From Thalia democratica (taxonomy: Eukaryota), in contig OZ241829.1 of assembly GCA_965202585.1 (NCBI GenBank), forward strand, positions 31,434,001 to 31,498,000: a stretch of 64,000 bases of DNA. Direction: 5' to 3'. Of this stretch, positions 15,001-27,000 are shown one piece after another. Each line of letters starts with the position of its first letter. Within the stretch, counting starts at the first letter, position 1. The position numbers and the translations under genes were made by a program. The notes under the pieces were generated by a model. It ran no database searches. It had not been told where the DNA came from and saw nothing but the letters and a program-made list of their open reading frames with translations.

Positions 15001-18000
15001 CATCTTAAAATATATAAGCATGTTTTTTTAATTAACAACAACTGTTCAAATTCATGTTTTAGTCTTAGTTTTTTTTCGGAGTATATATTCTTTGTTTAAA
15101 AATAAATTGTGGAAAATAAAATTTCCCGTTTGCGTACAGTTCAGTTCTATCTTACTTTTCAGTTTTCATAAAAATAATTGTGAGTAAATTAATTAAGAAA
15201 AAAATAAAAATAAAAACTTGACCAGCATTTGTCTTATAGCATTTTTTCTGCGCTGTAAGATTCAATTTTCCTAAACCAGTTTTATTATTATGCGTTTAAT
15301 AAATACAGTATCACTTAGTGCACTTACAATATGTTAAAGTTCAAATAATTTTATCTAGCTTTTGCTTATACTTGTTATGTTTTATATGTTTAATTGTGAT
15401 AAGGATTGCAAAAATCATTTTTTTTAAATTGCTTTAAAAAGCTGTTTATAAACGTTTCTTTAAGTTTAAAACTTTAAAAATTTTAAAACACTTGGGAAAC
15501 GGGTACTAGAAAATAAAAACAAATTTTTAAAAACTAAACCTATTTTGAATTCATAATAATAATCTTATAATGACTTTTTAAGTACTTTAACTAGAAAAAT
15601 AGGTTGGAATTAGATAGTAAAGGTTTGAGATAGTGTTCTATGTTTTCAAGTAAAAAAAAAGTTTATTAAATTCAAAAATTAAAAGTGGTCATAAAAAGTT
15701 AATAAAAAAACATCAAGTGATGATTAGCGGCAGTTTGGTATCAAAAGATTTCCTCACTGAACTGCGCACCGGATTCGGCTCGACGCTCCGAATTCTCTTC
15801 CTCACTTTCCGCCTTCTCTCGTCCGTCCTCCGGTAGCTCTCCTTCAGATCGTATATTTTGTTTTTCGTGTCGCTGATGTCGTCGTACGTCATCTCGTAGT
15901 CGGAAATGAGGAGAGGGAGGTGCAGCAAACCGGCTTTGCTCTGCAGCTTCGAGTTCCTGCTCCTCACCTTGTTCCTCTTGCGCTTCAGCAGGGTTATTTT
16001 CCGCCTGTGCTCCTGTATGTCCTCTTCTAATTTCCCCCGCCGCCTCCGCATACTCTCGATCTCCTCCCGCTGCATCTGCGCCTTCTCCTTGATGTGCGCC
16101 GCCCTGATCACGTTCCTCCGCACGCCCTCCTTGATGCCCTCGATCCTGATGTTGCGCTCCTGCAGGGTCTCGAACATTCGGTGGATCTCCATCTTCATCT
16201 GCTCGTGGTCCAGCAGGCTCACGTCGTCCGCGTCGGCGTTCTTCTCGCGGATCTTCGCCTTGAGCCGGTCTATCTGGTGGCCGACCCTGATGCTGATCGT
16301 CCTCACCCTCCTCACCTGCTCGTACTTGTTGCTCTCCTTCACCATCAGGTGCTCCAGCCTCTGCTGCGGCAGCGGCGCGCAGTTGTCGTACTTGGCCTCG
16401 CGGCAGTACCTCACCAGCTTCTTGCACATCTTCTTCCACAGCTCGAAGCAGTCCCGCACCTTGTCGGTCGACTGCTCCTCGAAGCTGGCCTGCAGCCCCA
16501 CCAGCTCCTTCTCGTCCGCCAGCTTGCGCTTCTTCAGCAGGTCGTAGTTGATCAGCTTGGCTATGAACCGCTTCCCCTGCTCGTCGTCTTTCTCCTTGTC
16601 CACGCGGTGCTCGATCGTAAACTCTTCCCGTCTACTTTTCCTGTGCACGTGAAATGACTCTTGCTAAGCGTAAAAAAAATGTCTAATTTCATTAGCTTAG
16701 ATTGGTTAAAAACTACCATTTTCTAACTTTTATACCTTTTTAATTTTTTTCAATTACTTTTTTTTAATTATGGACAAAGACACCAAGGTTATTTTAAAAA
16801 ATATATAAAACAAAGCTTTTTTTTTTTTGATATGTGTTTATGTATTTACGAAGTTAAGATCAGAACGAAAAATCACAAACAAATCTCTTAAAACATTGGT
16901 CAACTCAAGGAACTAGCACATCATAGTTTATTGCTGTTGTTATATACATAAAAGGACTATAAGTGTTTGTTTTTGATCGTGGGTTATACAAATTGAACTA
17001 TTAGTTTTTTCGAAGATTGTTAAATATACCTTATTTAGTTTTTAGAATAGATGTGCTTACTCATCATTACAAGTCTAAAATTTTGATAATAATGTTACGT
17101 TTGGCAATGCACTTAAAAACTAACCTTGCAAAATCGTAATTAACCTTTACAAAGTATATAAACAAATATTAAATATGTAACCTAAGTATTTTGCATAGGT
17201 GGTGCTGCACCTGCGTGTTTTCCTTCACCAACTCGCTCTGCTTCCTTATTTCTTCCCAGTACATCTCCTCGAGCTCCTCTCTCGTAAACTTCTTTTCTTC
17301 TTTCTCCTCCGAAATGCTCGACAATGTCGTTTTTTTAGAAGACAATCCCGAAGAACTGGAAGACTGCTCCCTCCTGACCGACTGTAGGTGCAGCGAAATC
17401 TTGCTCAAGTTACTCTGAACTAGAGGATCCACGTCGAGGTTTTCCACGTTAATTTCTGGGTTGCTGATCCACTCAGGAACTTCGTCAACGTCCGTGAGTT
17501 GAAACCTGTTTGCGCGTTTGACTTTTTCCATTGTTTCATTGGCAAGCCCCAACAAGTCCGCTGTCATTTGTTCCTGGGTTTCTTTAAGCTGAGTGTCTAA
17601 ACCTACAAAGTCTTCTGTCTGTTGAACTTCTAAAACATCGTCTTTAACTGTAATGACGTCGTCTTGCTCGTAGCTTTGCACATTCAATGTGAACTTTGTC
17701 GTCTTTAATGCTTTTAGCTGACTTTCTGATGTTTGTTCTGTTTCTTGAAGAGAAGTTGTGTCCAAATTTTGATTTACTTTACTTTTTTCTTGTTGGCTTT
17801 CTCCATTTTTTAGCTCATTTTCTTCTAAAGATTCTTGATTAAGTGCACCGATTTTTGCTTGTTCATCTAATTTTTTTATATCTTTTTCTTCTGAAGACTC
17901 ATGTTTGTCAATTGAATTTAGAACATTGTTTCCACCATTTGCATCTTCTTCAGCTGATTTGTGGTAACTGTCTTGGGTAAGTTTATATTGCAAAACCTTT

Positions 18001-21000
18001 TCGTTTTTCCTTTTTAATTCAGTAAACACATTGTCGTCTTGTTCTCGTATCGCTTCTATAGTTTCATCGGTAAAGTGACCGTCTAATGAAACGTTATGTA
18101 GTTCTAGTGCTAATTCTGAAAGTGATTTAAACTCACTTTTCGCATGGGAACTCATTTCAAAAAATCCAGTTAAATGTGGTTAGTACTGAGAGTAGTTTGT
18201 GTTTCAAATAAACTTCATGCTAACTGGTTGCAATTGCACATTTGATGCTGCAAAAAAATAATGACGTAATAATGAAAATCTAACTTAACTGTACAACATT
18301 AAAATTCAAGTTATTACTTTTTAACTCTTCGTTGTTTAAGTATGCTAAAACAATTTTATTTTCATTTGCTATTTGTAAATGCAAAACTTAACTATTTTGC
18401 TATATTATATATTACAAATTACTAGTTTAAATAATTAAAAAAAAACAAAAGATAGTTTAGAAAAATCTACAAATTTGTTGCATATTAGTTTAGTTCAACA
18501 ATCTTAACTAATATGCAAAACATTTGTAGATTTTTCTAAACTATCTTTTTTTTTTAATTATTGATGCATATGAAAAGTCACAAATAAAAAATTGACTGTG
18601 TTCTGGACTGATTTAAGAATTTTGTATAAATCTTGTCTAATTTAAATAATTGATTAATAAAAAATCAAATTAAATTATCTATTTACCCTTTCTTAATGTG
18701 GCATAGAAAACTAACTAAACAATTTAATGAAACTTAGCTATTAATTATACACAACTCATGATCCGTTTTACTTAAAAATGTTTTTACAGTTATTTCGTTA
18801 TATGTATTAGTTTATCTTTCTAGTAAAAATATTCTTCGTATATTTTGCTTATTTTTAAAACAACTGTTTGAAGTCAAAATAAAAGTTTAAGTTCAAGAAC
18901 ACAATTGTTTAAGATATTCATTTTTTAAATCATAGGTTTTTAAGTTATTTAAAATATCAAATTTTATAGATTCTAAAACAGCATATTTTTTGGCATTTTC
19001 AATACTGTAGTCCAATCAACTTAACCTTTCTTAAATAGGAATGAAATTATTTTATAGTTTTACTTTTTTGAAAACTAACTTAGTTTGTGGTTATACAGGT
19101 AATTTCGCCTTTTTTTTGTGAAATGTTTTAATTATTAATATAACTAGCTTAAAACACCAAAGAAAATAGTTTACAATCCAACCAGAAACCCCCAACTCCA
19201 AACAGGTGTGCAACATCTTCCACAAGGCGTGCGAGTTCAAGGTGATCGTCAGCGAGCCGAAGATCAACCCGCTTCAGAAGGAGCAGCAGAACTCGCCGCC
19301 CGTCAAGCCGCAGGGCGCCAATGGGGCGAAGCGGAGGGGCAACCAGGCCAAGCGCAGGTTCGACACGGACGAGACGGAGGTGGTTACCACGGCCAACACG
19401 GAGCCGGAGGAGGATCGCGCTAGGAGGCACCGCGACGTGCCCTGCTTCTACTGTGATGTCACAAGCGTGTACATGGAGGCCGGGGAGAAGAAAAATATTT
19501 TGGTTGGTGTTTGTTTAGATTTGAAAAATTTAGTTTAATTATATTGATAGAAAAAAGTGTTTATGATATTGATTTTTGTTCATTATCAAATTTTAAAATC
19601 AGATGTTACGCAAAAAGGCGTTAAATCCTAGAGTTCCAGACGAGTAAAACTAACCAGAAATCAAAACAACCGTTTTCATACCTAGTTGCCATATTATTCT
19701 GACAACGTTTTGCCACCCATAGAGAATAGATAACTTTAACTTGAAACTTACAAAGTATATACATAAATAAAATAAATTGTACAGATAAAATATTTGCCGT
19801 TTGCAATGGGCAAGGACTTCTGCACCATCCTGCTGGTGAACGAGCAAGTGGGCGAAATGGTGTACGCGGTTGAGGGGGAGGCCCTCCTGCCGGTCCCCAC
19901 CCAGCTCAAATTGAACCGCAACTCGAGTCACACCACCGTCCTCGACCAGAACACCAAGAAGCTCAGAGGTACTAGTCGGGTGTTAAAAATAAAAAAAAAA
20001 TAGTTTGAAACGTTGTCCTTCATTAAAGACTATACACTTTCTTGAAGTTTCTAAGTTTTTTTAGCTGTAAATGCAGGTTGTTGTATTACTTGCATTTATT
20101 TATGGTATTTTTGTGTAATTTTTACATACAATTAAAGTTTTTATTTCTCAAGGTTGCAAGCCGAACGTGTTGTACTGGCAATGCCAGGTAAACGAGCGGA
20201 TAAGCGAGGTTCTGAACATCCCGGTGATCAACCCTGCCAAGGAGAAAGCGCTGAGGATTGCCGCTCAGCAGTCCATGAGCAAGTGCGAGCAGAGAAGGAG
20301 ATCGTTGACCGGTATTTTGTATTTTAGATGGTGGTAATTTAAAAACCAATATCTTCTGTAGTATAAGTTTTATAGTTTTTATCTCAAATCAAATTAATTT
20401 TGTTGATTTCATTGGCGGGGTCCAAAAGTTTTACTTACGTTAACGTTAGCCCTTTTTTTGTTAATTGAAGTATAAACAATAGATACTTTTAAAGAATTTT
20501 AAGTTTCATGATATGTTTTTTCTAATAAATAACAGTAACAAACAATACTACGGTTATCTTCACCATCGCTGAATTGTTTTTGCCGTTTTACAATAAGCTC
20601 TAAACTATCCTGTACGACCATGATCATTAGCAGCTTTGTCAACAAATATTTAAAGTGGAAAAATTACTTAATTATAAAATAACACCAAAAATACATACGT
20701 ATTCTTGACCTAGCTTTATTTTAACCAAGTTTTTATATTATGAGTAAAAATAGTTTGTATGCATGTTTCAAACTCTGAGAACAGTAAGTTAAATTAGATT
20801 AATCGTAATCCAATCGAATTGATAAAATTGGGGCAATTATATTTCATATTTTAAATAAATGTTGCTGATTAAAAAATAGGTTAGTTTGAAATAATAAACA
20901 AAACAATTCAACGCTAATAATTCATCCAGGAACTCTGCACAGCGGCAAAGTAGCGGCAAAAGCGGTCATCCGTAACAGCCAGACGAGAAAGTCCCTGCAG

Positions 21001-24000
21001 CCGTACAAGACCCTGTTCCCCACGCAGCCGACCAGCTGCAAGTACCGGGTCAGGGTAACCAATGGCAAGTTCAGGGCGCCCCCTACCGTCGTGGCCCCGT
21101 TGCCCGTGCTGAAGGTTCCGGGTAGCGACGTTTCCAACACTTGCGTGCGGTACAGTAGCCGCCAGGTTTGTTGCGTTAAAAACAATTGCATTGCCGCTAT
21201 TAAGTTTTGTTGAATTATATTAAGTAAAGTTTATACATGGTAGTGTTTTTTAAGGTTTCGTTTACAAAACGTTTTCAAGTAGACGTAAATAATTTTTTTT
21301 AAACTCTTAGTAGAAACATAAAAGAATCTGTATGAACGAGGCTGATACTATTTTTTCAGCCTTTCCTTCTTTCAAACCAAGCATGTTTGACTCTCATTTT
21401 AGCCCGTACTTTTCAAAATAACTTTTGCATCTACTTAACAAAAAAATTATAAGTTCCTAAAACTTAACAACTGAAACAATTGCTGCTTCAAACGAGCGTT
21501 TCAACAACGTTTCAGCCAGACGACACGTTCGGGTTGGAGCTGAGCTTCTACGCCGAGCAGGCGGGGATGTACGCGTGCGACCTCCTCCTGACCTCCCACT
21601 CCGACGTCAGGACGTTCCGTATCGAGTGCGAGGTCCACCAGCAGCCCTCCAACGTCACAATGAACTTCCACACTCCCGCCAACACCCCCCTCACACAAAA
21701 CATTCCAATCGTTAGTTGGCGCTGTTTTTTTTTTCTAGATGTAGATTTATTTATATGGCACCGCGCAGTTATTTGCTTGTTTTTGTTTACGCTCAAAAGA
21801 ACCTACTAAGTTTTTTGAAATAACTCTTGAGAATAAAAAATGTATTTCACTGATGGGAAAGTTATAGCTCAAAATAAAACTCATATTTTTTATATATATT
21901 TAAAAAACCTGACAAAAGCCGTGCTATTTTTTCAACAGCAAAACTCTACGAACCACGACTGGCTTCTAGTTTGCAAGACCACTGGCGACCTGTTCAGCGG
22001 ACCGATAAATTTGGTGGTCAAGGCGCACGAGACCAGCTACTACCCGCTGACGTTCCACCCGACCAGCGAGTGCTGCGCCAACGGCCACCTCGTCATTAAA
22101 AACAGGTTGGAAACCCACCGAGGAGTAAGCAATTTCACTTTGTGATATCACAATTTTACTTTGAAAGTTTTGCACTCGAAAGAATAAATACAATTGATCG
22201 ACTTTAACATTAAAACTTAATAGTTTCTAAATTTTTTTAAAACTATTTCTACAATATAAATTATTTTTATGAATTGGATCACTATGCAGTAGCCAATCAA
22301 TTGGTATTTTAATGCAACATTTTTCTTTAAGTGTTTGATTAATTTTTGTACGACATTTTTCATACAGAGTGGACGGTATGGAGCACAACTTTGAGTTGAA
22401 GGGGGTGGGCCAGACTTCGTTGTCGGTGGAAACAATCAGGTGCAAGGTGAAGTGCAGAGGCTCGTTCCAGCAGACACTGAAGGTGCCAAACTACTCGCAG
22501 GCGACTCTGAACTACGACGTCTACTCCAACATCGACTTCCTCGACGGCCCCACCAACCTGGTCGTTCCCGTTAGTTGCAACTTGCTTTTTTCAATTTGTT
22601 TTTTGTTGGTTGTCTCCTTAAAGTCTTTAGTTTTTACAAAAAAAAAAGTAAATTGACAAGTTGTGTTTGAAGTTTATATTTTGGAAGGCCGTGTTTGAAA
22701 ATGAAGTGAGTTAAAAGCGTTCAGCTATTAATTCGTTCAAAAATAACTTGCAAAACTAAATATTTTTGTTTACATAAAAGGAACTGCCAATTTTTTTCAC
22801 GCGTCATTTCAAACAGCCGCGCAAGACGGGCGACTTCACTTTCACGCTGTCGCCGATGCAGAGGGGCAACTGCAAGGGGGTGCTCATGTTCGTGTGCGAC
22901 GACCCCCTCCGACCCGACCCCCCGGGCCCCACCTCCTCCGACGACGAGTCCGAAAACGGCGACGCGACCGACGACCACGAGGACCACCACGACGAGCATC
23001 CGGTGTTCAAGGTGCCGAACGGAACCGACGCGGACCGGAAGCACGGGCAAAAGTATGACGCAGTTTTTAATTTGCATAATGTTCATTTAAGTCTGTGTTC
23101 TTGAACTTCGGTCGGAACTGAAAATTTAAAAAAATTGTTTGAAAATTTAGTAGCTAGAACGTCAAGATCCGAGCGCATTTGAAGCTTTAAACCGAATTAG
23201 AATATTCGATTAAAACTAATGTAATTTAACTTCCCGTTTGACATAACTCAAAATATGCATAGTAGTTGTAAAATTCAGTGTTGAAACGTCTATAAAAAAA
23301 GTTAAAATGTCTTATTTCAAAAGTACAGTACTTAAGTTGATATGACTTTAAACTTTTAACGAGAACTCACTTAATGCAAATGTACAGTGCTCGTTTATTT
23401 AGTTATAATGCTAAATTATAATTTAAACGGGGTGTAAAGTTCTTTTACTTTTTCAAATTTTGATAATTTATAATATATATATATATGATATAACTAAACA
23501 TATTTGCTTTTTTAGCTCTTTTGACAAGTCTTTTCAAATAAAAGAATTAATTCGACTTGTTATTAAATACTTTACATACTACAGCATGTTTTTGTGTACA
23601 GAAAAATATATTCTTTTCAATATTTACAGTTCACAAAACTTTGATTAATATTGAACAAATTGTTTTTACATGTTACACAGTAGATAAATAATTGAAAATA
23701 TTTATAAATTTAAAGTAAGTATAAATTACAATATGTAAAATGTTTGTTTACTTTTTATAAGCAAAAGGTATTTCAGATGCTCATTCAGCAAACTAACATT
23801 ATTGTAGATAATATCATACTTTTGTGTTACATTTTTATTTGTTAGTTTGTTTTCAATTGGTATGTAATGATTGCTATTTTTCTTCCTAAACATAAAAGTT
23901 ACTTCATGTTTGACATTAAAAACGTGTCAAGTCATTTAAAGTATCAACACACTTTGAAAAGCTACTAAATTGTAGTGTTAAATTTAAGTTATTAAACAAA

Positions 24001-27000
24001 TGACATTTTTTTAATCAATAGAATTTGGTATTCCTTGATGATCGAGGTCGTGCCTTCGGACTTCATCAAAAACGTTCAAATAGAATGCGAGGTGCAAAAG
24101 TCTGTGACGACTGAAGTTAAAATTGAAAATCCCACAAACGAAAAACTCGACCTCAGCGTGAGTCTCATTTATAAAAAACATTTAATTTAAAGCCATGACT
24201 GAAAATAGTAGAGTTTATATTAACTAATTGAATTTTAATTTGATTTCTAATAGGAAGTTTTTAATCAATAGTTTGTTTGAAGTCTAAAAATAATTTTAAT
24301 AATTTTTGAAAATCAAATTAAATAACGACGTGTTCACGGAAACATGATATCAAATAATAATTCTGATAATCAAACTTTTTCCTTGTATCTTTATATTCGT
24401 AGATAACAAACAAAACAACAAGTATGAGCTTTCGAACTCTAGTAAGCTTTTTAAAATTAATTCCAAATATACTTGTTTTCTTATGATGCTTATTAATAAC
24501 AACTTAAATCACGTGACTTTCTTCAGGTGGAAATTCTGGGCGATTACCTGTCGGCGCAGAAGACGCTCACTCTGATGCCGGGGATTCCCGGAACCGTCCC
24601 CATAACCTTCAGCCCGATCAGGGTGGGGGCGTGGGACGGGTCGCTGGTGCTCAACAGCGAGCTGAGCGGAGAGTTCTGGTACAAGATCAGCGTCAGCTCC
24701 ACCACTCCCCCGCCCAAGTCCCTCCGCACCATGGAGTGCGAGCTTGGTAAACTGTTTTAATTGATTTGCACATTTAAAAGTCTGTTAGGATCAACGAGTT
24801 TACTTATTGTAAGAATGTACTTTATTTTCGGGTATGGTAGATAAAAATTTTGTTATACAACAAAATAAAAACGAATTTGCGCAACAGTTTTAGTTTTTAA
24901 GGTTACATGGCTCGAGTTTTTGGTTTATTTTTACTATAAACCAATGCACAGGTATAGGTATTAACTCAACAAACATCTAATTACATTAAAATACCCGCGT
25001 AATCTTTTTTTCGAAGTTGTACTTTATATGATTAAAATTCTCACAATCTAACCACAGAGCGTTGCGTTACTGTTTAGCCAACAAAAAATCCAATTCCTTT
25101 TTAATTTTTTTGAAATCTATTCCAACAGGCAGCTTCTGCCGAAGGTCGATACCGATCCACAACATGTGCAAGACCGAGGACATGGTGGTGGACGTTGTGG
25201 TCAGCAACCGCACCAACTTCCACGTCCAGTCCAACTACCTGGTGCAGGAGGACTCGGTGACGAGCGAGGAGAAGCGGGAGCAGATCCTGGTTACCAAGGA
25301 CACCACGGTGGACGTCCTCATCCAGTTCTCCCCGACCTCGCTGGGGATCCACTCCCACAAGTCTACTGGTAACTTTCAGTTTTTGCGGCTCGGTATTTAA
25401 TTTAAAGTGTTGTACAAAGATTAAAACTATTGCGTTTAAATATTTCGAGCATCTTGTTGTTTAAAATTGAACATAAACTGTAGTTGATTTTTTTAAACAA
25501 TATTTCAACACTAGTAAACTTCACCGCTTTTTTTTGTTCGCAACTCAGTGGTGTTCAAGTCGAAGCAGCTGGGCGACTGCGTGTACTACGTGAGCGGAAG
25601 GGGCCTCCTCCCCAAGCTGATGCCCCCGACCAGCATATCGGCCTCGGTGGGGTCCGGCAACTCCAACGTCATCCAGTTCATGAACCCCACCGACTCCACC
25701 GTCGTCGCCGACATAAAGTTGACGGAGAACGATCAGGTGCTCAGAGAAGTCAGATCCTCCATCATACAGTTTGTTTTTACTTTTGTCTAAGATTATATTT
25801 CATTTTGATTTGTTATTATAGTCCATATTTTATGTTCAAATTTTTTTTTTTTTGATTGTTTAAGTTATATAAAAGTTTAACATGCCTCTATACCTATATT
25901 TTGATTATAAAGGAAATAAGTGAAATACACATTTTTTATAAGAACTTAAATTTTTTTTAGACGCAGCGTGACAACAGAGCCCGCGTTCTCCATTCTGACC
26001 CACCAAAAACACAATTTGGAGGTGGAACCCCACGGAACAGTGGACATCCCCTTTGCTTTCAATCCTAGCGGGGTGAGTGTTGCAATGATTAATTGGATAT
26101 TACTTGTCCAACACAACTAATTTTAATTTGTAATTTTTACGTCGATATTAGTTGAAAAAATAATAAAAACTTAAGTATTTCGGCCAAACTTTACCTTTGT
26201 TTTCATTTACTACGATTTAAAGCTAGTTTACTTGTAAAAGCTTTTGTTAAATTAGTTTGTAGATACTCTTCTTTTTAACAGTTAACTAAAGTGCTTACTG
26301 TTATATACTTGATATGTTGTATTTAGATGCTCAAATACTTCGCAACAATTGCCATCTCTATAAAAAGAACGAAAGGCAGAATGTGGCCAAACGAATACGA
26401 GGATAACAGCCATCAATCTGGTATGTTTGTTATACATCTTTATATATATATATGTTTGTTTATATTTGGTTATATTATTACAGTGAAACTTTCAGTTTGT
26501 TTGTGAATAGCTTTCTTTCACTAATAAAGTTTTCTATTCGTATACTCGTTTTAAATTAGACATAAAATGATGCACAAATCTTAAGACGTAAACAATCTTC
26601 ATATTGTCGACCATAACGTCAGATGATTACTTCTTGGTATACTTTTTGTTACGATTTTTGTTTTTTTCACACTCAACAGCGATACAGTCGAGGGAGCAAC
26701 ACGAGCACATAAAACCCACGTACCACCACAACGAAATTCTGGCCATCAGATACGTGTACCCGGTCCACGGAATCCCTCACATCAAAATGGACAAGCCTAA
26801 CGGAGGTGTGTTTTTGATGTAAATTTCCAAGTGTTTTTGTTTCTGTTGTGTTTGTGAAAGTGCGAAGTTTTGTAAAAGTTTCATTTAAATATAACTTCTT
26901 ACCACTAGTTAATCAGCTAAATGTGGCTAAAACAAGTAAAGAGTTTCTTAATTTATTCATTATTTATATTAAAAAGCAACTGTTAAAATACGCACATTAT

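Noticed and set aside
15741-16657. Long overlapping ORFs 15906-16547(+), 16094-16657(+) and 15741-16439(-)
   Set aside because: These are shadow frames of CCDC96 exon 2. Near-saturated G/C third positions remove stops from the alternative frames, and the translations are low-complexity.
18225-18240. RFX X-box upstream of CCDC96 (gttgcaattgcac)
   Set aside because: Only the first half-site fits GTYNCY-AT-RGNAAC, which is too weak to call.
3707-25855. Many 60-150 aa ORFs overlapping CFAP47 exons in other frames or strands (e.g. 8269-8730, 9684-10178, 12536-12988, 22721-23086)
   Set aside because: Same GC3 shadow effect. Only one frame per exon joins in phase and matches CFAP47.
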